From Candidatus Hydrogenedentota bacterium (GTDB lineage: Bacteria > Hydrogenedentota > Hydrogenedentia > Hydrogenedentales > SLHB01): a DNA stretch of 21,892 nt. A program made the position numbers and the translations under genes. Shown in pieces: positions 7,649-16,686 of this stretch; the stretch's first letter is position 1; each line of letters begins with the position of its first letter. The stretch spans positions 1 to 21,892 of the forward strand of contig BTVY01000073.1 in assembly GCA_045863335.1 (NCBI GenBank), read 5' to 3'. Under the pieces are notes generated by a model, which did no database searches, had not been told where the DNA came from, and was given only the letters and a program-made list of their open reading frames with translations.

Positions 7649-7684
7649 TGTCATGACAATACCTTGACTGATGGTCAACCGCAA
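7649..7684 (-). promoter_or_regulatory. Candidate internal promoter of exbB overlapped by two palindromes
   Basis: Minus strand TTGCGG (7684-7679), 17 nt, TATTGT (7661-7656). TTGAC-N5-GTCAA lies at 7664-7678 and TGTCATGACA at 7649-7658. Confidence 0.5.
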
Positions 7685-7697
7685 GCGCCAGAAGGCA

Positions 7698-8570
7698 CTA
7701 ATGCGTGACCAGCGTCCCCATCCCCCGATCCGTGAAGATCTCCAACAACAAGGAGTGAGGGACGCGCCCATCGATGATATGCGTCTTCACAACGCCGTAA
7801 TCAAGGGCCTTCAAGCAGGCCTCAACTTTCGGAATCATACCTCCGGCGATCACGCCATCTTGCGTCAACTTGATGATTTCCTTATGACACAACTGGTGGA
7901 TCAGGCTGTCCGGATCCTCCGGGTCGCGCAGGAGTCCCGGCGTATCCGTCAAGAAGACCAGCTTCTCCGCCTGCAATGCAGCGGCAATCTCGCCGGCGGC
8001 AGTGTCGGCGTTGACGTTCCACGTCTGCCCCTTGACGTCCGTCGCAATAGGCGCAATGACGGGGATCATGCCCGCGTCGCAGATCACGTTGATAATCTTA
8101 TAGTGGACGCCGGTAATCTCGCCCACGTACCCGATGTCGCTACCGTCATCCATGTGAATCCGCCGGGCGTGCAGGAGGTTCCCGTCTTTTCCAGAAAGTC
8201 CGACGGGATTGCCGCCGGCTTTGCTGATGAGGGTGACGATTTCCTTGTTGATCCGGCCCGCCAGGACCATCTCGACAACCCCGATGGTCTCCTCGTCGGT
8301 AACGCGCAAGCCGTTGTGAAACTTCGCTTCCACGCCCAGGCGGTTCAAGGTGCGGTTGATTTCCGGTCCGCCCCCATGCACGACGACGGGGTTCATGCCC
8401 ACGTATTTCATGAGCACGATGTCTTCGGTCGTGCTTCGGCGCAGGCTGGGATTCTCCATGGCCGCGCCGCCGTACTTGATGACGACGGTTTTGCCCTCGA
8501 ACTCGCGGATGTAAGGCAGCGCCTCTACGAGCACTGCGGCTTTCTGGATAAACTCTTCGAAGGACTTCAA
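7698..8570 (-). CDS. argB: Acetylglutamate kinase
   Basis: VIKYGGAAM, VVVHGGGPEI, GLRVTD, NVNADTAA and GGMIPKV motifs. TTG start after GAGGAG. Confidence 0.97.
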   Translation of the reverse strand: MKSFEEFIQKAAVLVEALPYIREFEGKTVVIKYGGAAMENPSLRRSTTEDIVLMKYVGMNPVVVHGGGPEINRTLNRLGVEAKFHNGLRVTDEETIGVVEMVLAGRINKEIVTLISKAGGNPVGLSGKDGNLLHARRIHMDDGSDIGYVGEITGVHYKIINVICDAGMIPVIAPIATDVKGQTWNVNADTAAGEIAAALQAEKLVFLTDTPGLLRDPEDPDSLIHQLCHKEIIKLTQDGVIAGGMIPKVEACLKALDYGVVKTHIIDGRVPHSLLLEIFTDRGMGTLVTH

Positions 8571-8600
8571 TCCGGTCTCCTCGCCTGGCTGCGGCCAGTC

Positions 8601-9806
8601 TTATGAACGGTAATCGGCGTTGATACGGACGTAGCCGTCGCTGAGATCGCTGGTCCAGAATACGGCCTTGCCGGGGCCGTTGCCCAGCCGCAAGCGAATG
8701 CGGAATTCCCGCTGTTTCATCACCGCCGCGGCGTCTTCTTCCCGGTAGCCCGTCGGGGTTCCCCCCTCCACAAGCTGGAGGTCGTCAAGCCACAGGGCCA
8801 GGTCCGCAGGTTCGAATTGTACGCCGGCATAGCCTGCGGCGCACACAAACCGTCCCCAGTTCGGGTCTTGGCCGAAAAACGCGGTCTTGCACAACTGGGA
8901 AAAGGCGATCGAGCGGGCGACGGTCTTGGCCTGATCGTCCGTAGCGGTTCCTTCCACCGCGATCTCCACGAACTTGGTGGCGCCCTCGCCGTCCATCACC
9001 AGTTCCCGCGCCATGTGCTTGCATAGGTCGGTCAAGGCGGTTGCGAAGGTCGTGTAATCCTCCGAGGCGGGCGCGATCTCGGCCGCGTCGGCCATTCCGT
9101 TCGCCAGGCATAGCACCGTATCGCTCGTGCTCATGTCATTGTCGATGCAGATGCAGTTGAACGACGCCTCGACGGCATCGCGAAGGGCGGACTGGAGGAG
9201 ACCGGGGGCAATGGCCGCGTCCGTGGTAATCGCGCAGATCATGGTCGCCATGTTGGGCGCAATCATGCCAGAACCTTTGGCAATCGCGCCCATTCGGATC
9301 GAACCGCGGGACAGCGGGATCTCGAAAGCCACTTCTTTCGGGACCGTGTCGGTGGTCATGATCGCGGTGGCGGCGTCCGGACTTCCCGTGGGTGACAGTT
9401 GGGCCGCGCATCCCTCGATACCCTTCGCGATGCGATCCATGGGAAGGGGAACGCCGATGACGCCCGTACTGCAAATACAGATTTCTTGCGGGGATGCTTC
9501 CAGCGCCTTTGCGAGAAGTTCGGCGGTGGTGCAGACGTCTTCAACGCCCTTTTCCCCTGTGGCGGCGTTGGCGTTGCCGCTGTTGATGAAGATGGCGCGG
9601 GCCTTGCCCGCGGCGCAGACGGCCGCGTTCCACATGACCGGCGGCGCTTTCATCACGTTCTGCGTGAACATGCCGGCGGCCGACGCAGTGGTCTCGCTGA
9701 CGATCAACGCGCAGTCCTTCTTCTTGCCGCTGGGTTTGATCCCCGCAATCACGCCTGACGCGGAATAGCCTTTGGGCGCGGTCACGCCGCCATCGACGCG
9801 CGTCAT
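8601..9806 (-). CDS. argJ: Glutamate N-acetyltransferase / ornithine acetyltransferase
   Basis: NSGNANAATG, STGVIG, IMTTDT, KGSGMIAPNMA/TM (autocleavage Thr), DGEGATK and DPNWGR. Start at ATG 9806 overlaps the argC stop (ATGA). Confidence 0.97.
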   Translation of the reverse strand: MTRVDGGVTAPKGYSASGVIAGIKPSGKKKDCALIVSETTASAAGMFTQNVMKAPPVMWNAAVCAAGKARAIFINSGNANAATGEKGVEDVCTTAELLAKALEASPQEICICSTGVIGVPLPMDRIAKGIEGCAAQLSPTGSPDAATAIMTTDTVPKEVAFEIPLSRGSIRMGAIAKGSGMIAPNMATMICAITTDAAIAPGLLQSALRDAVEASFNCICIDNDMSTSDTVLCLANGMADAAEIAPASEDYTTFATALTDLCKHMARELVMDGEGATKFVEIAVEGTATDDQAKTVARSIAFSQLCKTAFFGQDPNWGRFVCAAGYAGVQFEPADLALWLDDLQLVEGGTPTGYREEDAAAVMKQREFRIRLRLGNGPGKAVFWTSDLSDGYVRINADYRS

Positions 9807-10816
9807 GGAACCATCCCTCCGTAGGCGAGACCCGTGGTCTCGGGAAGGCCAAACATGATGTTCAGGCATTGCAGCGCCATGCCCGCGGTGCCGCCCATCA
9901 TGTTGTCGATGGCGCTCACGATGAGGAGGTTTCCGGTGCGCTGGTCCATGGTCCATCCGATGTCGCAGAAGTTGGATGCGCGCACAAACCGCACCTCGGG
10001 CAGCTCGCCTTCGGGAAGCACCCGCACGAAGGGTTCGTTCTCATAGCATTGGAGCGCCGCGGCCACGTCAATGGGACCGGCCGGGCGGAAGGTGATGGTG
10101 GAGAGGATGCCGCGCGTGAGCGGCGCAACATGGGGCGTAAACTGAATGATCGCCTTGTTTCCGATTTCCTGTTCGATCTCCGGGATGTGCTGGTGCACGC
10201 CCAGCTTGTAGGCCTTCAAATTCTCATTCATCTCGGGGAAATGATAGGCCTCGCTCGGTGTCCGGCCTGCGCCGGAGATTCCAGAGATGGAGTCGACGAC
10301 AATGGGGACATCGGTCTTAACGTGGTCGAGAATTGGGCGGAGGGGGAGGATGATACTGATCGGATAACACCCGGGCACGGACACGAGTTGCGCGTCTTTC
10401 AGGGCATCCCGGTACCAGGGTGGCAAGCCGTACACGCATTCCTGGAGTAGATGCGTGGCCGTGTGCTCGGTCTTGTAGTACTTGGCGTAGGCGAGATGGT
10501 CCTTGATTCGGAAGTCCCCGCCCAGATCGAGCACGCGCGCGCCGGCCTTCCGGAGTTCGGTGCCGATGGGCATGGATTCCCGTCCCGGCACGGCGATAAA
10601 CACGGCGTCGCACTTTTTCGCCAAAGAAACCGGCTCAAATGTCTCGAATACGACGTTGCTAAGCTTGCGAAATGCGGGCAGCACCTCCGCAAGTGGTTGT
10701 CCCGCAACGCTGGTCGATGCGGCGGCGACCAGTTCAGTCTCCGGATGCATCGACAGAAGGCGGATCAGTTCCCGTCCGCCGTAACCTGTGGCTCCAACTA
10801 TACCTACGCGTATCAA
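9803..10816 (-). CDS. argC: N-acetyl-gamma-glutamyl-phosphate reductase
   Basis: IVGATGYGG, PGCYP (catalytic Cys), SGISGAGR, HQHIPEI and IDNMMGG motifs. TTG start at 10816 after GGGAGG. Confidence 0.97.
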   Translation of the reverse strand: MIRVGIVGATGYGGRELIRLLSMHPETELVAAASTSVAGQPLAEVLPAFRKLSNVVFETFEPVSLAKKCDAVFIAVPGRESMPIGTELRKAGARVLDLGGDFRIKDHLAYAKYYKTEHTATHLLQECVYGLPPWYRDALKDAQLVSVPGCYPISIILPLRPILDHVKTDVPIVVDSISGISGAGRTPSEAYHFPEMNENLKAYKLGVHQHIPEIEQEIGNKAIIQFTPHVAPLTRGILSTITFRPAGPIDVAAALQCYENEPFVRVLPEGELPEVRFVRASNFCDIGWTMDQRTGNLLIVSAIDNMMGGTAGMALQCLNIMFGLPETTGLAYGGMVP

Positions 10817-10841
10817 TTCCGGCCTCCCAAATAAAAGGGCG

Positions 10842-10870
10842 ATTATAGACTTTGGCGGTGCTGCAATCAA
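10842..10870 (-). promoter_or_regulatory. sigma70 promoter of argCJB
   Basis: TTGATT (10870-10865), 17 nt, TATAAT (10847-10842), just upstream of the argC RBS. Confidence 0.7.
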
Positions 10871-11018
10871 ACGATTCATTTACGACCTGCTCAGCCATGC
10901 GCATCTTCACCGGGCGGTGAAGCCTATAGGAGGGTTAGATTTCCCCTTGGCCGGGTTGTACACTGGGGCGAGGTGCGGATGGAGCGGATTCATTGGAACA
11001 CGAATGAAGGGAGCAGAG

Positions 11019-12416
11019 ATGAAGCGGTGCATGCGGACCGGGAGTTTTGTTTGCCGCGCGGTGGCTGCGGTCGTGGGGATTACGGTTATGGCCGGTTTTG
11101 GATACGCGCAGGAGCGGCAAGTTACGGATTCGCCCAAGAACCACAACCTGGACAACAACGACAACTTTTCTCCCGACGGGAGATTCCTGTGTTTTGACAC
11201 GCGGGAGACGGTGGGCGAGGGAATCGGCAATTCACAGTCCATCGAGAAGGTGGAGATTGCGACGGGGGAAGAGACCGTGTTATACGCCCCCGAGGAAACG
11301 ATTATCGGCAAGGACGCCGCGCCCGGCATTGGCGCGTGCACGTGGTCGCCGGTGGCCAACAAGGTGGCGTTCATCCATGGACCTCCGGTCAACGAAGTCG
11401 ACACGCGGGGCTACTACGACAAGCCGAACCGCAATGGCGCGGAAGTCGTCGCCGACGGAAGCCAAGCGCGGACCTGGCTGGACTTCCGGGATGTCGATAC
11501 CTCGCGCGATACGTTGCCTGGCGCGCACCGTGGCGGCACGCACCGGCACGAGTATTCGCTGGACGGAAAACGGATCGGGTTTACGTACGATGATTTCCTG
11601 CTCCCGCAATATGGGCGGACTGTCGGCTACATGGAGCCGCGCGACGATGCGCCCGGAAATGCGAGTCACTACTTCGCGCTGTTGGTCCCGGTTGTGCCCT
11701 TGGGCGAGTCGAAACCGGGGGAGATCGAAATCGCTTCCGGGGATTCCTGGATCGGGCTCCACGGCACCATGCGCGCGTTCATCGGGAAGGTCCGCGCGGA
11801 AGACGGGGAGTCGTACGAAGAATCGCTTTACGTAATCGACGTGCCTTCTGACGTCGATATCACTACCGCCGACGCTGGCTCCGCGACCCGCTATCCGTCA
11901 CCCCCGGAAGGCGTCTCCATCCGACGGCTGACCCACGGTAAAGCCAAAGGCACCATCCGCGGAACGGTGGAAGGCGATCGAATCGCCTACTATGGCGAAG
12001 CGGCGGACGGCACCTCGCAGATCTTCATCATCCCGTCGGACGGCTCCGATCGCGATCCCGATCCGAAGAAGCATCCCGTGCAGGCGACGCGTTTTCCAGA
12101 AGGCACCGATTCGGGGTTGCGGTGGCACCCAAGCGGAAACTCCATCGCATGCATCAGCGACGGCGGCGTGGCGGTGACCTGCGTGAAGCCAGGCCCGGAT
12201 TTCGGAAAGTCTGTGTTCCTGACGCCGGAAGGCGACACGGAGCGCATTGACTTGGTCTGGTCGCCAGACGGCGGCGTGCTGGCGTACGGCAAGCAAGTGG
12301 CGACAACGGATTCGGACGGCAAGCCGTTCAAGACCTATGCGGGCGAAGACCCGTATCAGATTTTCGTTTGCGATTTCCCCGACGCGGATGGCGATGGCGT
12401 TGCCGACTCGATTTGA
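11019..12416 (+). CDS. Exported YidR/DUF3748-like beta-propeller protein
   Basis: ERQVTDSPKNHNLDNNDNFSPDGRFLCFDTR and GAHRGGTHRHEYSLDG resemble YidR. Has WSP/FSPDG propeller repeats and a signal peptide ending GYA-QE. Start at ATG 11019 after AAGGGAG. Confidence 0.8.
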   Translation: MKRCMRTGSFVCRAVAAVVGITVMAGFGYAQERQVTDSPKNHNLDNNDNFSPDGRFLCFDTRETVGEGIGNSQSIEKVEIATGEETVLYAPEETIIGKDAAPGIGACTWSPVANKVAFIHGPPVNEVDTRGYYDKPNRNGAEVVADGSQARTWLDFRDVDTSRDTLPGAHRGGTHRHEYSLDGKRIGFTYDDFLLPQYGRTVGYMEPRDDAPGNASHYFALLVPVVPLGESKPGEIEIASGDSWIGLHGTMRAFIGKVRAEDGESYEESLYVIDVPSDVDITTADAGSATRYPSPPEGVSIRRLTHGKAKGTIRGTVEGDRIAYYGEAADGTSQIFIIPSDGSDRDPDPKKHPVQATRFPEGTDSGLRWHPSGNSIACISDGGVAVTCVKPGPDFGKSVFLTPEGDTERIDLVWSPDGGVLAYGKQVATTDSDGKPFKTYAGEDPYQIFVCDFPDADGDGVADSI

Positions 12417-12501
12417 TTCGATACGAGGCCATGCGCAAGGGTATTGAAAGCTGTTAGGGTCGCTCGGGGCGAATCCCGGCGACGTGACTAGGGAGACCAT
12501 C

Positions 12502-13839
12502 ATGAGTGGAATCAATCGTCGAGATTTTCTGCGCGCGGCAACGACCACGGCGGCGGCTGCGAGCTTGGCTGGTTCGTTTTCGATCAACGCCCAGGGTGCG
12601 AATGAGAAGGTCGTCCTCGGGATTATGGGGGTGCGCGGTCGCGGCAGCTATCTCGGTCCTGAATTCGCCAAGCGGGACGACGTGATCCTGAAATACATCG
12701 CCGACCCCGACAGCCGCCTGTTCCCGATCCGCTCGAAAGGCATCGAAGACGCCTGCGGGACCGCGCCGCAATGCGTGCAGGACTTTCGACAGATCCTCGA
12801 TGACCCGGAGCTGGACGGCGTCATCATGGCAACGCCGAACCACTGGCATGCCCTGGGGACGGTGCTGGCCTGTCAGGCGGGAAAGGATGTGTACGTCGAA
12901 AAGCCGACCTGCCACAACATCTGGGAAGGCCGTAAGATGGTCGAGGCGGCGCGGAAATACGACCGCGTCGTGCAGGTGGGATATCAGAACCGCAGTTCCC
13001 AGTATTGCTGGCAGGCGAAGGAGTACATCGAGTCCGAAGAGTTCGGCGACGTCCACTTCGTGCGCGTGGTGAACAGCAAAGTGCGCGGCACGATCGGGAA
13101 GAAAGAGGACAGCGAACCGCCGGAGGGTGTGGATTACGACCTGTGGCTGGGTCCAGCGCCGAAGCTACCATTCAACGATAACCGCTTCCACTACGCGTGG
13201 AACTGGTTCTGGGAATTCGGCGCAGGCGACATCGCCAACGACGGCACTCACCAGATCGACATCGCGCGCTGGATTACCGGATTGACGTGCCCGAAGTCCG
13301 TGTACTCCACGGGCGGCATGCTGTTCTTCAATGACGATCAGGAGACGCCCGACACGCATGTCGTGAACTGGGATTTCGACGGCATCACCATGGTCTTCGA
13401 ACAGGTGCTCTGGGCGCCGTACATGCTCAAGACGCCGATGGAAATCCGCGACCAGGACGTGCTGCCGAACTGGCCCTTCAGCGGAACGCGCTTCGAGGTC
13501 TACGGGACGAAACAGTTCATGTACTTCGGCCGTCACGGCGGCGGCTGGCAGGCGTACAACGCCGACGGCGAGGTCGCCTTCACGCAACACGGCAATTTCG
13601 CGAACGCGGAGCACATGGAAAACTTTGTCGACTGCATCCGCACGCGCAAGCGTCCGAACGGCGACATTCTGGAAGGCCATCTCTCCACCAGCCTCAGCCA
13701 CTACGGCAACGCCGCGTACCGCACGGGCCGCAAACTCCACATCGACGCCGAAACCGAGACCTTCATCGATGACGACGAAGCCAACGCCATGATCAAACGC
13801 GTCGGCCGCGAGCCGTTCCAGATGCCCGAGGTGGTGTAG
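12502..13839 (+). CDS. Tat-exported Gfo/Idh/MocA family oxidoreductase
   Basis: NRRDFL twin-arginine signal, GVRGRG, ATPNHWH, DVYVEKP and NDGTHQID motifs. Confidence 0.93.
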   Translation: MSGINRRDFLRAATTTAAAASLAGSFSINAQGANEKVVLGIMGVRGRGSYLGPEFAKRDDVILKYIADPDSRLFPIRSKGIEDACGTAPQCVQDFRQILDDPELDGVIMATPNHWHALGTVLACQAGKDVYVEKPTCHNIWEGRKMVEAARKYDRVVQVGYQNRSSQYCWQAKEYIESEEFGDVHFVRVVNSKVRGTIGKKEDSEPPEGVDYDLWLGPAPKLPFNDNRFHYAWNWFWEFGAGDIANDGTHQIDIARWITGLTCPKSVYSTGGMLFFNDDQETPDTHVVNWDFDGITMVFEQVLWAPYMLKTPMEIRDQDVLPNWPFSGTRFEVYGTKQFMYFGRHGGGWQAYNADGEVAFTQHGNFANAEHMENFVDCIRTRKRPNGDILEGHLSTSLSHYGNAAYRTGRKLHIDAETETFIDDDEANAMIKRVGREPFQMPEVV

Positions 13840-13903
13840 GAGCGGTAATGTTCATTCGAGAGATTTCTGATTGGTTGGGAGACGAAGATGCCCAGACTCT
13901 CTG

Positions 13904-14842
13904 ATGTCCTTAAGATCGCCAGCTTCTCCTGTGTATAGTGCCGCGTTTGCTATCGTGGTCTTCGCTAATGCGACGAGCGCCAACGGAGCCGACTTCCCCT
14001 CCGTTCAGGCGGTGCCGTTGCCGGGGCATCAAATTGGGTTTGAGATCGACGGCGAAGAAGTCGCGCGGTACTACGCCGCTCCGGATGCGCTGAAGCCCTA
14101 CCTGTTTCCCGTGATCGGTCCGAGCGGGAAGCGGTTGACGTCCATGGCGCACCCGGTGGACCCGCACGGGCACCGGCACCACCGGTCCGTGTGGATCGGG
14201 CATGCGGACGTAAATGGGCACGACTTCTGGGCGGAGAACAATGACAACCGCGTCGTCTTCGAAAAGCTGGTGAACTTCGAGAGCGGGGCGGACTCGGCGT
14301 CGTTCACGGTGGCGCACCTGTGGCGGACCGGGGAGGGGACTGACCTCCTGCGCGACACGCGCACGTGGACCTTGCGGAAACTCGAAGGCGGCGAGTACTA
14401 CCTCGACCTGAAGCTGGTCTTCGAACCCATCGAGCACCCCGTGACGTTCGGCGCAACACCATACGGCCTCCTCGGCGTGCGCGTCGCGCCGACTATGACG
14501 GTGGCCGTGGGCGGCGGTACGATTCTCAACGCCCAAGGAAAAGTCAACGAGGCCGAGGTCCACTGGCAACCCACCGAGTGGATCGACTTCTCCGGGCAGG
14601 TCACCGCGGACGCTGTAAACGGCATCACCCTGTTTGACCATCCCAAGAACCCGGGGCATCCGCCGCCGTTTCACGTGCGCGACGAAGGTTGGATTTCGCC
14701 GTGCTTCTCGAAAGACGCGCCCGTGATCCTCGAAACCGGCCAGCCGCTGACGCTCCGATACCGGTTGTACGTGCACGGTTCGCAGAAGGACGCGGTCGCT
14801 CTCGCCGGTCATTGGTCGACCTACGCCGGAATTTCCGACTGA
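13904..14842 (+). CDS. DUF6807 / PmoA-family exported hypothetical protein (start uncertain)
   Basis: KPYLFPVIGPSG, HRHHRSVW, YGLLGVRV, DHPKNP and FHVRDEGW motifs, with a signal-like segment AAFAIVVFANATSANG. The track start at TTG 13871 is an alternative. Confidence 0.8.
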   Translation: MSLRSPASPVYSAAFAIVVFANATSANGADFPSVQAVPLPGHQIGFEIDGEEVARYYAAPDALKPYLFPVIGPSGKRLTSMAHPVDPHGHRHHRSVWIGHADVNGHDFWAENNDNRVVFEKLVNFESGADSASFTVAHLWRTGEGTDLLRDTRTWTLRKLEGGEYYLDLKLVFEPIEHPVTFGATPYGLLGVRVAPTMTVAVGGGTILNAQGKVNEAEVHWQPTEWIDFSGQVTADAVNGITLFDHPKNPGHPPPFHVRDEGWISPCFSKDAPVILETGQPLTLRYRLYVHGSQKDAVALAGHWSTYAGISD

Positions 14843-14911
14843 TCCAATTCCGCGCGGACAGGGTATACTCTATCCCGCTACCAAACCTGGGTTGGAACGA
14901 TGCGAGGCGCC

Positions 14912-15625
14912 ATGTCAAAGAAGCCGATCGAAATTCGGTATCACTTCGTATGCGACGGAGAAGCGGATCAGCCGGTCGAAAAGCACTGCGTCGTGCAGTT
15001 GGACCCAGATACCCTGGAGACCCGCCATCCCCTGAAGCCGGCGCCACCCGATTGGACGCGCCTCGAGGTAAAGCAGTGCGACATGTGTCCGCTCGACCTG
15101 TCCAAGCATGCCTACTGCCCGGCGGCCTTGTCGTTCGTGGAGATCCTCCAGGAGTTCGGCGAGATTCTCTCTTACCGGCTGGTCAACGCCACCGTCACCA
15201 CCGGCGAACGCACCGTGACCATCCGTACGACCGCGCAAAAGGCGCTCAGCTCGCTCGTCGGACTACGCATGGCGACCTGCGGGTGCCCCATCCTGGCAAA
15301 ATTCAAACCCATGGCGCGTTTCCATCTACCTTTTTCCTCCACGGAGGAAACGGTCTATCGAGCTGCGGGCGCGTACCTTCTCGCGCAGTATTTTCTGCGG
15401 CGACGCGGCGGCAAAGCCGATTGGGATTTGGATGGGCTCAGCGCGCTCTATGAAGAGATTCACCAGGTCAACGTGCAACTGGCCGAGCGAATGCGCACCA
15501 TTCCAACGGGCGACGCCCACCTGAACGCGCTCGTAATCCTCGATCTCTTCACGCTCGCGCTGCCCCAGTCCATCGACGAAAACCTGAGCGAAATCGAACA
15601 CCTGTTCGCAGCGTATTTTGACTGA
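14912..15625 (+). CDS. DUF6901-like hypothetical protein
   Basis: WTRLEVKQCDMCPL...YCP, ATCGCPILAKFKPMARFHLPF and NALVILD motifs, recognised from memory. GAGG precedes ATG 14912. Confidence 0.75.
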   Translation: MSKKPIEIRYHFVCDGEADQPVEKHCVVQLDPDTLETRHPLKPAPPDWTRLEVKQCDMCPLDLSKHAYCPAALSFVEILQEFGEILSYRLVNATVTTGERTVTIRTTAQKALSSLVGLRMATCGCPILAKFKPMARFHLPFSSTEETVYRAAGAYLLAQYFLRRRGGKADWDLDGLSALYEEIHQVNVQLAERMRTIPTGDAHLNALVILDLFTLALPQSIDENLSEIEHLFAAYFD

Positions 15626-15654
15626 CGCGCGCGCACCCGTTCCTTTCAGCGGAA

Positions 15655-16686
15655 TCAATAGCTGTGCTTGTCCAGCTCGGTCTTGCCTTTGAAGGTCCAG
15701 TAGATGACGACCGTATACGTGATCACGAAGGGCATGCCAAGGAACGCGATGTTGCGCATGATGGCGAGAGTCTTCTGCGAAGACGCGGCGTTGTAGATGG
15801 TCAGGCTATATGCCGGGTCCATGTTCGACACCAACAAGTTCGGGAAGAGTGCCACCGCGAAGAGGAAGTTGAACGCCGCAATGGTGCAGCACGACGACAC
15901 GAACGCGTACAGCGGCCGGTTCTGGTAGATGGCGCGAGGGATGTTGGCGATGGCGAGCACGTTGAGCCCCACGATAATCCAGGCCGCGGGATAGCGCTCC
16001 AGATTGCGAGTGGCATCGGGCACAGCCTGCAGCGTGTAGATCGTGGCGAAAAGATACAGCACCAGGAACACGCCAAAGGTGCGCCAGATCCAGTGATGCA
16101 CCCGTTCCTGAAGTGCTCCCGCGGTTTTCAGATACAGGTAGATGGAACCGTGCATGGCGAACATGGCCACCACCAGAAGGCCGATGAGCAGGGGATAGGG
16201 CCGCAATTGGTCCATCAAGGTGCCCTGGTATTCGCCGTCGGCGCCGATGGGCATCCCCATAATGGCATTGCCGACGGCCACGCCGAACAAGAGCCCCGCC
16301 GCCGTACTGGAAACGCAAAACGCCGTATCCCATAGCGACCGCCACCAGCCGAAATTCATTTTGCTGCGGAACTCCATGGACACCGCCCGGAAGATCAAGG
16401 CGCACAACAACAGCATGAAGGCAATGTAGAACCCGGAGAATGCCGTCGCGTACACATCGGGAAACGCGGCAAAGAGCGCGCCGCCGAAGGTCACCAGCCA
16501 GACCTCGTTACCGTCCCAGAGCGGGCCGATGGAATTCATGAAGACCCGCCGATCCTCGTCTTTCCGCGCGACGAGATGCAGGGTGCCGACGCCCAGGTCG
16601 AACCCGTCGAGGATGGCGTAGCCCGTCAGCAGAACGCCCAGCAGGAAGAACCAGAGCGTGTTGAGATCAAGCCATTCGCCCATCAC
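15655..16686 (-). CDS. cydB: Cytochrome bd ubiquinol oxidase subunit II
   Basis: [28 protein letters not shown] and LTIYNAASS motifs, multiple TMs. Overlaps the cydA stop. Confidence 0.97.
   Translation of the reverse strand: MMGEWLDLNTLWFFLLGVLLTGYAILDGFDLGVGTLHLVARKDEDRRVFMNSIGPLWDGNEVWLVTFGGALFAAFPDVYATAFSGFYIAFMLLLCALIFRAVSMEFRSKMNFGWWRSLWDTAFCVSSTAAGLLFGVAVGNAIMGMPIGADGEYQGTLMDQLRPYPLLIGLLVVAMFAMHGSIYLYLKTAGALQERVHHWIWRTFGVFLVLYLFATIYTLQAVPDATRNLERYPAAWIIVGLNVLAIANIPRAIYQNRPLYAFVSSCCTIAAFNFLFAVALFPNLLVSNMDPAYSLTIYNAASSQKTLAIMRNIAFLGMPFVITYTVVIYWTFKGKTELDKHSY

Noticed and set aside
7664-7678. Canonical FNR box
   Set aside because: The spacer is 5 nt rather than 4 and the half-sites are TTGAC. 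Kept only as an unassigned operator.
7671-8606. Long antisense ORFs (also 5675..6622, 13910..14812, 18544..19533, 20550..21548)
   Set aside because: Shadows of well-supported genes on the opposite strand, as expected in high-GC DNA, with no recognisable motifs.
13904-14842. Particulate methane monooxygenase
   Set aside because: The family name PmoA is misleading. This is a soluble exported protein, not a multi-TM pMMO subunit, and no pmoB/pmoC is present.
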